Part shown: positions 1 to 7,931 of the stretch, one piece after another | Position numbering within the stretch: position 1 is the stretch's first letter | How the letters are laid out: each line of letters starts with the position of its first letter | Assembly: GCA_964440985.1 (NCBI GenBank) | Contig: CAYTWE010000005.1 | Location: forward strand, 1,206 to 65,205 | Source: an uncultured Lentisphaeraceae bacterium | Lineage (GTDB): Bacteria; Verrucomicrobiota; Kiritimatiellia; RFP12; UBA1067 | Length of the DNA: 64,000 nucleotides | Direction of reading: 5' to 3' | Notes under the pieces: model-generated | Database searches by the model: none | Told to the model about the DNA's origin: nothing | The model's input: the letters and a program-made list of their open reading frames with translations, nothing else | Made by a program: the position numbers and the translations under genes

Positions 1-327
1 TACGGCACTCCCGGCACCGACGAGGTGGCGAAGAACGTCGCCGAGGCTGCGAAGAAGTCCAACGTGGTATTCATGGAGAATCACGGCATAGTCTGCGGCG
101 GACGCGACATCGAGGAGGCGGAGTGGTTCGCCGAAAACGCCGACGCATTCTGCCAGTGCTGCCTGCTCGCCGGTCTTCACAAGAAGCATCTCCAGCAGGT
201 CGGCAAGAAGAGCGTACAGGACTTCCTCTCGATCCGCAAGGCGCTTGGTCTGTCCATTCCGGAAGGACAGCCGCTCTACAACACCCAGATGTACGCCGGA
301 TACAAGATGAAGCGGGTCGGAAAATGA
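1..327 (+). CDS. Class II aldolase/adducin-family protein (rhamnulose- or fuculose-1-phosphate aldolase), 5'-truncated by the window edge
   Basis: Open frame from base 1 (YGTPGTDEVAKNV...VFMENHGIVCGG) contains the class II aldolase PGT and NHG motifs; its stop overlaps the ATG of the rhamnulokinase (ATGA). Confidence 0.8.
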   Translation, partial: YGTPGTDEVAKNVAEAAKKSNVVFMENHGIVCGGRDIEEAEWFAENADAFCQCCLLAGLHKKHLQQVGKKSVQDFLSIRKALGLSIPEGQPLYNTQMYAGYKMKRVGK

Positions 328-1775
328 AGAAGCATCTTGCAATAGACATCGGAGCGTCGTCGGGACGCCACATCCTCGGATGGGTGGAGGACGGAAAGAT
401 CCAGCTGAAGGAGGTCTACCGCTTCGACAATTCGCAGGTCGTGAAGGACGGACACGACTGCTGGGACATCCAGGCGCTTGCGAGGCACGTGCTTGCGGGG
501 TGCAAGGCGGCGGCGGATGCCGGGGAGATTCCGGAGACGATTGGCATCGATACCTGGGGCGTCGATTTTGTTCTTGTTGACGGTCGAGGCCTTCCAGTCG
601 GCGACGCCGTCGCCTACCGCGACCACCGCACGGACGGTATGCCGGAATACGTGGACTCCGTGATTCCGTTCAACGAACTGTATGCGCACTGCGGAATCCA
701 GAAGGCGGTGTACAACACGATATACCAGCTTGCGGCGCTGAAAAAGGAGCATCCCGAACAGCTTGAGAAAGCCGAGCGCCTGCTGCTCATCCCGGACTAT
801 CTCAATTTCGTGCTGACCGGCAAGATGGCGAACGAGTACACAGATGCGTCCACGTCATCGCTCGTGAACGCTGAGATGTGCGATTGGGATCGCGAATTGA
901 TCGCCCGCCTTGGACTGCCGGATCGCATTTTCAAGCCGCTCACCATGCCGGGGACGGTGCTTGGCGGATTCACCGATGCGGTGAAGAGCGTCATTGGCTA
1001 CGATGCGAAGGTCGTGCTTCCGGCCTGCCACGACACCGGGTCTGCGTACCTTGCCGTGCCTGCCCGCGATGACAAGGCGATCTACCTCTCAAGCGGAACA
1101 TGGAGCATCATCGGGGTTGAGAACGATGTGCCTATCGCCACGCCGGCATCCTGCGCCGCGAACTTCTCCAACGAGGGTGGCGCATGGAAGCGATATCGCT
1201 TCCTCAAGAACATCATGGGATTGTGGATGGTGCAGTCCATCCGCAGGGAGCTGAACGGCGTTGCGTACGTCGAGGGCAAGGGCGGCGATGCCACGGCCGC
1301 TGCGCTCGCGGGGATATCGGATTGGGAAAAGGGACGCAAGTATTCCTTTGCCGATCTTGAGAAGGCCGCCCGTGCGGTCGGCGACTTCCCGTCGGTCGTG
1401 GATGCGGCGGACAGGAGGTTCTTCTCTCCGGACACCATGGTAGGCGCGGTCTGCGGCGCCTGCGCGGAAAGCGGGCAGAAGGTCCCTGCGACGGTTGGTG
1501 AGCTTGTGCAGTGTGTCTATGCTTCGCTTGCCCACTGCTACGCAAAGGAGGCCACGCTTCTTGCATCGCTCACCGGCAAGAAGTACACGACACTCAACAT
1601 CGTCGGCGGCGGATCGAAGGACGTGTATCTCAACGAGCTGACCGCGAAGGCGACAGGACTTGAGGTGGTTGCCGGGCCTACCGAGGGAACCGCCATCGGA
1701 AACCTCATTGTCCAGATGATCGCTTCCGGCGAGTTCAAGGATCTATCCGAAGCCCGCAAGGCGATCGTCCGCTGA
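324..1775 (+). CDS. rhaB: Rhamnulokinase (FGGY family)
   Basis: MKKHLAIDIGASSGR, IGIDTWGVDF, HDTGSA, SSGTWS, FLKNIMGLW, IVGGGS, GPTEGTAIGN motifs; ATG at 324 overlaps the upstream stop. Confidence 0.9.
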   Translation: MKKHLAIDIGASSGRHILGWVEDGKIQLKEVYRFDNSQVVKDGHDCWDIQALARHVLAGCKAAADAGEIPETIGIDTWGVDFVLVDGRGLPVGDAVAYRDHRTDGMPEYVDSVIPFNELYAHCGIQKAVYNTIYQLAALKKEHPEQLEKAERLLLIPDYLNFVLTGKMANEYTDASTSSLVNAEMCDWDRELIARLGLPDRIFKPLTMPGTVLGGFTDAVKSVIGYDAKVVLPACHDTGSAYLAVPARDDKAIYLSSGTWSIIGVENDVPIATPASCAANFSNEGGAWKRYRFLKNIMGLWMVQSIRRELNGVAYVEGKGGDATAAALAGISDWEKGRKYSFADLEKAARAVGDFPSVVDAADRRFFSPDTMVGAVCGACAESGQKVPATVGELVQCVYASLAHCYAKEATLLASLTGKKYTTLNIVGGGSKDVYLNELTAKATGLEVVAGPTEGTAIGNLIVQMIASGEFKDLSEARKAIVR

Positions 1776-1791
1776 TGGTGCAGCCACCAAT

Positions 1792-3723
1792 ATGAAAAAC
1801 ATTCCTGTTCTGTCGGTCTGTCTGTCGATCGTGTCTGTGGCAATGTCCGGATATGGCATGGCCTCCGGAGTGGCGGGTGCGGAGGTTCGTCCCTTCCGTC
1901 CGCCGGCCGTGCCGCTTGTGAGCGTAGATCCGCATTTCAGTCTGTGGAGCCGGGCAGACCGGCTGACGGACTGCGACACTACGCACTGGGCAGGGGCAAG
2001 GCAGCCGCTCTCCATGATTCTCACGGCGGACGGTGTGAAGTATCGCCTTTGCGGACGCAACCCGATGAATGTCTCTCCGCTGCCGCAGAAGTCGGTTGAA
2101 GTCCGGGCGAACGAGACGCTCTACACGTTTGGCAAGGGAACGCTGTCCGTTGAGTTGAGCTTCATCACGCCTCGGCTTGCGGATGAGCTTGAGACGTTCT
2201 CGCGTCCGGTCACATACGTATCCGTCAAGGTTGCCGGCGCGAAGACGTACAGCGTGGAGATGAACCTCCCGCCTGAGCTGGCGAGAGATCGCGATGACGC
2301 CAAGATGGTCGAGCGCAAGACGGAGATAGTTGGCGTCCCTGCCTGCAGCGTCGGACGCAGGGAGCAGGTTCAGTTTGGCGTGAAGGGTGACAGCAGAAGG
2401 GCTGACTGGGGCTACGCATGGCAGGTAGGCCCGTACGTATGCGGCGATGAGACGCTTTTCATGCTGGCGTTCGAGCACGGCAAGACCGTCCGGTATTTCG
2501 GACATGACCTTGTTGACTGGTGGCAGCGCGACGGCAAGACGTTTGAGAAGATGCTTGAGGAGGCGCTCGGCGACTATTCGAGGGTTCGGGCGAAGGTGCG
2601 CGAGAGCGATGCCGCCCTTGCCGCCAGGGCCGAGAAGATCGGCGGAGCGCAGTACGCCAGAATCGCGGAGCTTGCCTGGCGGCAGAGCTTTGCGGCCTGC
2701 TCGTTTGTCGCCGCTCCCGGCGGCGAGCCGTACATGTTCTCCGCCGAGAACCATTCCGGCGGCATGATCGGCACCACGGACGTGTTCTACCCGCAGCTTC
2801 CGCACCTGCTTTTCGCCGGGCCGACCTTCGTCAAGGCGACGCTTGCGCCGGTGTGCGAGTACGCATCAAGCACGAACTGGCCGTACCCGTACGCACCTCA
2901 TGACATGGGGCTGTATCCAGTTGCCGAGGGTCAGTACTACGGAATGAAGAAGGGGCAGTCCGTCGGAGGTGGCGATGACGACACCTTCCGTATGCCGGTG
3001 GAGGAATGCGGCAACATGCTCATCTGTCTCGCCGCACTTGCGCATTCCGAGGGCAATGCGGCCTTCGCTTCGCGCTGGTGGCCGGAAGTGACCAAATGGG
3101 CGCAGTATCTCCGCAACGTCGGGTTCGATCCCGAAAACCAGCTCTGCACCGACGATTTCGCGGGGCATCTCGCGCACAACGCGAACCTTTCCGCGAAGAC
3201 GATCGTCGCTCTCGCCTGCTACGCCATGATGGCGGACATGAGGGGCGAGAAGTCCGTCGCGGAGCAGTACGGCAATGCGGCAAAGGAGATGGTGCCGCGC
3301 TGGATCGAGGCTGTGAAGGGTGGTCGCTACGGTGCGGGACGTCTTGCGTTCGACCGTCCGGACACATGGAGCATGAAGTACAACATCGTGTGGGACAGGG
3401 TAATGGGGCTGGGACTTTTCCCGGCCGACGTGGCTGAACGCGAGCTGGCGGCCTACATGAAGCTGCAGGAGCCGTACGGGCTGCCTCTCGATTCGCGCAA
3501 GGCGTACACCAAGGCCGACTGGCTTGTGTGGGTGGCGTGCCTGCGCGGGCGCAGCGGCGATCTTGAGACGCTTGTTGCGCCGCTCTACCGCTTTCTCGAT
3601 ACGTCGTGCGACCGACAGCCGTTCGGCGACTGGTATGAGGCGGATTGCGGTCTTGCGCGGCAGTTCAAGGCGCGTAGCGTAGTCGGCGGCGTGTTCCTGC
3701 CGTTCCTGACCGAGATGAAGTAG
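1792..3723 (+). CDS. Secreted DUF4964/DUF5127/DUF4965/DUF1793 'glutaminase GtaA-like' six-hairpin protein
   Basis: Signal peptide, then RPPAVPLVSVDPHFSLWS, TTDVFYP, HDMGLYP, MPVEECGNM, QLCTDDFAG, NLSAK, WSMKYN, YTKADW. Confidence 0.8.
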   Translation: MKNIPVLSVCLSIVSVAMSGYGMASGVAGAEVRPFRPPAVPLVSVDPHFSLWSRADRLTDCDTTHWAGARQPLSMILTADGVKYRLCGRNPMNVSPLPQKSVEVRANETLYTFGKGTLSVELSFITPRLADELETFSRPVTYVSVKVAGAKTYSVEMNLPPELARDRDDAKMVERKTEIVGVPACSVGRREQVQFGVKGDSRRADWGYAWQVGPYVCGDETLFMLAFEHGKTVRYFGHDLVDWWQRDGKTFEKMLEEALGDYSRVRAKVRESDAALAARAEKIGGAQYARIAELAWRQSFAACSFVAAPGGEPYMFSAENHSGGMIGTTDVFYPQLPHLLFAGPTFVKATLAPVCEYASSTNWPYPYAPHDMGLYPVAEGQYYGMKKGQSVGGGDDDTFRMPVEECGNMLICLAALAHSEGNAAFASRWWPEVTKWAQYLRNVGFDPENQLCTDDFAGHLAHNANLSAKTIVALACYAMMADMRGEKSVAEQYGNAAKEMVPRWIEAVKGGRYGAGRLAFDRPDTWSMKYNIVWDRVMGLGLFPADVAERELAAYMKLQEPYGLPLDSRKAYTKADWLVWVACLRGRSGDLETLVAPLYRFLDTSCDRQPFGDWYEADCGLARQFKARSVVGGVFLPFLTEMK

Positions 3724-3737
3724 AAGGAGGCTTTCTC

Positions 3738-4412
3738 GTGGCAAAGGTGATAGCGATAGACGGCCCAAGCGGTGCCGGTAAAAGTTCCGTTTCGCGCATG
3801 GTCGGTGAACGTCTTGGATTCCTGCATGTGGACTCCGGCGCACTGTACAGGATAATCACATGGCAGTGCGTCGAGAACGGCATCGACACGTCCAATCCGG
3901 AGGCTGTGGCTGCATTTGCGGATTCCGTCGGAATAGAGTGCGTGCCGGAAGGCGGAAGGGTCAAGTATCTTGTGAAGGGCGAAGAGCCTGGCGACAGGAT
4001 CCGTACGCCGGTGGTGAATGCTCACGCATCTCCTGTTGCGACGGTGAAGGCTGTGCGCGACCGCGTGACGGCCATACTCCGTTCGCTCACCGGTTTCGGA
4101 GATCTTGTCGTAGAGGGGCGCGACATCACTACGGCGGTGTTCCCTGACACTCCGGCGCGTTTCTATCTCACTGCCTCTGCGGACGTGCGTGCCGCGCGCC
4201 GTCAGCGCGAAGAGGTTGAGAAGGGTATCGCAAAGCAGTCCGCCGAAGCGGTAAAGGCGTCTTTGCTGGCGCGAGACAGGATCGACTCGTCGCGCACCTG
4301 TGCGCCGTTGAGAAAGGCGGATGGCGCGGTCGAGATCGATTCGTCCGAACTGACGCTTGAGCAGGTGGTCGAGGCGGTGCTTTCCTCGCTGCCGCAGGGA
4401 TGGCGGAACTGA
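3738..4412 (+). CDS. cmk: Cytidylate kinase
   Basis: IAIDGPSGAGKSS P-loop, DSGALYR, VVEGRDITT, RDRIDSSR..PL; GTG start after SD AAGGAGG. Confidence 0.95.
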   Translation: MAKVIAIDGPSGAGKSSVSRMVGERLGFLHVDSGALYRIITWQCVENGIDTSNPEAVAAFADSVGIECVPEGGRVKYLVKGEEPGDRIRTPVVNAHASPVATVKAVRDRVTAILRSLTGFGDLVVEGRDITTAVFPDTPARFYLTASADVRAARRQREEVEKGIAKQSAEAVKASLLARDRIDSSRTCAPLRKADGAVEIDSSELTLEQVVEAVLSSLPQGWRN

Positions 4413-4431
4413 ACCCCGAAGTGGAATATTC

Positions 4432-4803
4432 ATGATAGACGTTCCGGACATACAATATGAGCGTGAGGACTATTCGGACATCCTGAAGAAGGACGACCGG
4501 TTTGATCCACGCGCCTATGATTTCGTTTTGGAGACGGTGCGCATCGCGAGCGAAAGCGCGAAGGGACACGTCTCAGGGCAGGAGCTTCTGTGCTTCTTCC
4601 GCGATCTTGCGCTTGACGCATACGGGCCACTTGCCTACACAACGCTGAACGACTGGGGTGTGCATTGCAGTGAAGACGTTGGTGCGATCGTCTTCAACCT
4701 GTACAACGCAAAGAGGATAGGAAAGACCGATTCCGATTCGCCGGATGATTTTGTCGGCGGATTCAACTTCAAGCGTGAATTTCTCGGACCGTACGAAGCG
4801 TAG
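4432..4803 (+). CDS. Minf_1886-family conserved hypothetical protein (Planctomycetes/Verrucomicrobia type)
   Basis: DDRFDPRAYDFV, HVSGQELL, YGPLAYTTLNDWGVHCSEDVGAIVFNL, DSPDDF pattern recognised from memory. Confidence 0.75.
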   Translation: MIDVPDIQYEREDYSDILKKDDRFDPRAYDFVLETVRIASESAKGHVSGQELLCFFRDLALDAYGPLAYTTLNDWGVHCSEDVGAIVFNLYNAKRIGKTDSDSPDDFVGGFNFKREFLGPYEA

Positions 4804-4817
4804 ACACGGGCATTGCG

Positions 4818-5654
4818 ATGGCGGGCGAACGGCTCAAGGCGTGGGGTTATCATGGAAGCGAGTGCGAGGGCGTTGCGCGTGTCGTAAGTGCGCACGGCGA
4901 CTACTTCCACATTGTCTGCAACGAGCAGCCTGAGGGGGAGGCTCTCGCACGAACGAAGTCATCTGCGTTCCGCGATGCGCCGCCGCCCGTCACCGGCGAC
5001 TTTGTGAGATTCGTCCACAACCCGCACGGCGAGAGCCGCATCATCGAGGTGCTTCCCCGCTTCTCTGCGCTTGAACGGCTTGATCCGTCGTCGTCCGGAT
5101 ATCGTGCCCAGACGCTTGCCGTGAACTTCGACACGCTGTTTTTCGCGATGGCGGTAAACGGAAACGCATCACGGGCCAGGTTCGACCGTATGGTCGCGCT
5201 CGCCGAAAAGTCCGGATGTCTTGATCGCGTTGTCCTGCTCCTCACCAAATGCGACATCTCCGGCGCGGATGCCGTTCACCGTGACTTGGCGGAGTGTGGT
5301 GTGCCGGTGATAGAGGTGTCATCTGTCTCCGGATTGGGTTTGGATCTGGTGTCGGAATATGTGCAGCCAAGAAAGACTGTTGCGTTCATCGGGTCTTCCG
5401 GCGTTGGAAAATCGTCTCTCGTGAACGCCCTCGCCGGGGATGACTGGATGGCGACCGGCGAGATACAGGAGTGGAGCGGGAAGGGGCGGCATACGACGAC
5501 CTCACGCGAACTTGTGATGCTGCCTTGCGGGGCGATGGCGCTTGATACGCCGGGTGTGCGCGAGTTCGGGCTGCTTGGCAGCGACGGATTCGATCTGAAG
5601 GGACGCCTTGGCGGGACGCACCGCTACCGTCAGCGAAATGCGCCTCGCGCATGA
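4818..5654 (+). CDS. rsgA: Ribosome small-subunit-dependent GTPase A, lacking the C-terminal Zn-finger
   Basis: OB-fold N-terminus (PVTGDFV), circularly permuted GTPase motifs TKCD, GSSGVGKSSLVN, GRHTTT, DTPGVRE. Confidence 0.85.
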   Translation: MAGERLKAWGYHGSECEGVARVVSAHGDYFHIVCNEQPEGEALARTKSSAFRDAPPPVTGDFVRFVHNPHGESRIIEVLPRFSALERLDPSSSGYRAQTLAVNFDTLFFAMAVNGNASRARFDRMVALAEKSGCLDRVVLLLTKCDISGADAVHRDLAECGVPVIEVSSVSGLGLDLVSEYVQPRKTVAFIGSSGVGKSSLVNALAGDDWMATGEIQEWSGKGRHTTTSRELVMLPCGAMALDTPGVREFGLLGSDGFDLKGRLGGTHRYRQRNAPRA

Positions 5655-5671
5655 CATAGGCAGGTTTTGCG

Positions 5672-6481
5672 TCAGTGGATAGGCGGCGGTCCTCCCGGTC
5701 CGCCCGGTCTCGGCCCACGGCCGCCTGGCCCCATGTGCGTCTGAGTGGCTTCGTATATGGCTGATATCGTCTCCACGAATTCGCTCGCCTCGCTTTCCTT
5801 GATGCCCATGTCGCGCACGGTCTGCGTGAGCAGCGTGTTGCGCTCCGATTCCGCAAGCCTTTGCGTAAGCCGGTCAAGTTCCCTCAGTTCACGGAAGACC
5901 TCTCTGCGCTGCTCCTCCGAGACGTCTTCATTCTGCGGGTTTATCAACTCGCGCAGTTCTTCGCGCCTTGCGACAGCCTCCTGGTACTGGTCGTGTATGT
6001 CCTGCTCCGCTTTAGTCAGCCTTGAACGGTCTACGCTTCCGAGTATGTCGAGTTGGTTCTGCACCCTGTTCAGGTTCCGTTGGCGCATCCGCGCAAAGCG
6101 GTTGGTCATCTGCGCATATCGTTGAGGGTCGTTCTTGCGCATCTCCTCCATCCTCGCCCGCATTTCGGCGGCCGTTGGCGGGCCGCGCCGTTCCGCCCTT
6201 GTCGTGGCGTTCGTCGTGGTGACGGCAGACGGCTCGCGCTCCGTTTCCGGCGCAATCCACTGCGTCTGCGGTTCGCGTTTGGCGAGCTGGCGTTCGAGTT
6301 CGCGGATGCGTCTCTTTAGAAGCGGGATGTCGGCGTCATTCGCCTTAGTGGATCTTTTCGGTTTTGAAGCCACGTCAGTCTCAACGTTCGGGCTTTCGCC
6401 TGACGGACGAAGGTGGTAGCCGATGGCACCGCCGCAGATGAGCGCAGCTACCGATATTGCGAAAACTGATTTGCTGTTCAT
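5672..6481 (-). CDS. Hypothetical membrane-anchored coiled-coil protein with Gly/Pro-rich tail
   Basis: N-terminal hydrophobic helix (VFAISVAALICGGAIGY), Glu/Arg/Gln-rich helices, C-terminal GPGGRGPRPGGPGGPPP; start placed 7 nt below a TGGTATAAT box. Confidence 0.7.
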   Translation of the reverse strand: MNSKSVFAISVAALICGGAIGYHLRPSGESPNVETDVASKPKRSTKANDADIPLLKRRIRELERQLAKREPQTQWIAPETEREPSAVTTTNATTRAERRGPPTAAEMRARMEEMRKNDPQRYAQMTNRFARMRQRNLNRVQNQLDILGSVDRSRLTKAEQDIHDQYQEAVARREELRELINPQNEDVSEEQRREVFRELRELDRLTQRLAESERNTLLTQTVRDMGIKESEASEFVETISAIYEATQTHMGPGGRGPRPGGPGGPPPIH

Positions 6482-6488
6482 GTGCGGC

Positions 6489-6497
6489 ATTATACCA
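6489..6497 (-). promoter_or_regulatory. Extended -10 promoter TGGTATAAT, 7 nt upstream of ATG 6481 (leaderless-type)
   Basis: Plus strand ATTATACCA at 6489-6497. Confidence 0.7.
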
Positions 6498-6611
6498 TGT
6501 GCGGTTGCGGTCGGCACGTTCCTTTGCTGAATTCTGCACCTCAAGATAGGGTTGCCTGTCCGGGGCGGTTTGCATGATCTTGCATTTCAAAAAAATGTGG
6601 CGATAGGGGGA

Positions 6612-6641
6612 TTGACGTGGAAAAAAAAAAACAAATATCAT
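6612..6641 (+). promoter_or_regulatory. sigma70-type promoter TTGACG-18 nt-TATCAT with an A11 tract in the spacer
   Basis: TTGACG 6612-6617, A11 6621-6631, TATCAT 6636-6641. Confidence 0.55.
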
Positions 6642-6693
6642 CGTATGCCGTCTTTTTGAGCGTGGTGGCGGTGCTTAAAGCCGTCACCATTAC

Positions 6694-6915
6694 ATGGAAC
6701 AGACCTTTGAAAGGCGGTTGTCAATGGCGGCGAAAATGTTGTGTGGAGTGTCTGCAACGGGCGTAAGTTCCGTACGCAGGGCGTTGGCGTTCTGTCTCGC
6801 GGCGGCGGACGTGCGCTGGAATCACGGAAACGGAGACATCGCCGATGTCTCTCTCTGGAACGGCGAGCCGCTATCTGTGCCCCTATGGAATGATAGGGGC
6901 GTTATGCTAAAATAA
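6694..6915 (+). other. Possible small ORF or 5' gene remnant (73 aa) in a palindrome-rich intergenic region
   Basis: The only ORF downstream of the 6612 promoter; ALAFCLAAADVRWNHGNGD looks like a signal peptide plus the start of a mature secreted protein. Confidence 0.25.
6905..6913 (+). promoter_or_regulatory. Extended -10 TGCTAAAAT for the 6943/GH92 operon, preceded by inverted repeat GCCCCTAT-N6-ATAGGGGC (6879-6900)
   Basis: Read directly from the sequence. Confidence 0.55.
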
Positions 6916-6942
6916 CCGCACTCAATGAACAAAAGGTAATCA

Positions 6943-7887
6943 ATGAGCAGACTTGCCACTTCGTTTCTCGTAATGTCTTTTATCGCGGCGTGGATTGCGC
7001 CCTCGCCGCTCGCCGCCACGGAGGGACGGCTGCGCGGCTTCGGGAATTGCGAAGCCGTGCGCGACGGCATCCGGACAGATTTCCGTTGCGATTCGATCAG
7101 CGGCGCAGAATGTGTGCTCGGCAAGTTCCTGTGGGATCTGTCGTACAACGACGGGGTGAAATGGTGCGGGAAGGTGCTTGAGACGGCCGGCGGGGCGTTC
7201 GCGTTCGCCCGCAGGGGCGTGATCGCCACCGTGCTGTCTGCTCCGACGCGAGCGGAGGTGGATGCCGCGCTTGCCGCCGACCAGATGGAGCAGCCCGCGT
7301 CGTGGATGGTCAGCGGCTGGATTCGCTACGGACACGCCTATATGCCGCACGTGAGCTGGTTTCAGCCGGACGGATGGCGCTATCTTGCGAGGCAGACGTA
7401 CGACGTGATGAAGACGCTGAAGACAGACGCCCTGCCGCTCGCGGCGGGTGAAACGGCGGAACTCGCCATTAAGGTGCGCGGCGACACGCATCCGCGTGTG
7501 CGCGGGTTCGGCGGGCCTGTCTATCTGCATTTCCGTCCGCATCCCAAGGCATCGTTCGATCTGGCCGGTGAATGGAAGGCGTACCGGACGGCCTACGACG
7601 CCGCGCCGACTCCAGTCGCTGTGCCGATGGCTAAACGGATGAAGGACACGTTCATGCTTGGACGCAAGTTCACGTTGCCTGAGGCGTTTCGCACGGGCGG
7701 GCGCATCGCCATTGACTTCCAGTCGGTGAGCGACGCGCTTGGCGGCGTGATCGTCAACGGACGGTATCTCCGCCGTCACCATCACGTCTTCGGCGACAGG
7801 ACGACGCTCGACATCACGCCGTTCGTGAACCGGACGGGCGAGAACGAGATTTTCCTCGTCCACCTCACCGGCTCACGCGATTGCTAA
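6943..7887 (+). CDS. Secreted protein with a C-terminal GH2-type galactose-binding-like domain and no evident catalytic domain
   Basis: Signal peptide; FDLAGEW...FTLPEAF..GGRIAIDFQSV....VIVNG..L......F...TLDITPFV...GENEI resembles the GH2 sugar-binding jelly-roll. Confidence 0.6.
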   Translation: MSRLATSFLVMSFIAAWIAPSPLAATEGRLRGFGNCEAVRDGIRTDFRCDSISGAECVLGKFLWDLSYNDGVKWCGKVLETAGGAFAFARRGVIATVLSAPTRAEVDAALAADQMEQPASWMVSGWIRYGHAYMPHVSWFQPDGWRYLARQTYDVMKTLKTDALPLAAGETAELAIKVRGDTHPRVRGFGGPVYLHFRPHPKASFDLAGEWKAYRTAYDAAPTPVAVPMAKRMKDTFMLGRKFTLPEAFRTGGRIAIDFQSVSDALGGVIVNGRYLRRHHHVFGDRTTLDITPFVNRTGENEIFLVHLTGSRDC

Positions 7888-7931
7888 CTCCTCCGCGCTG
7901 CGGCCATACTGAAATGAAAATGGGAAAGACA

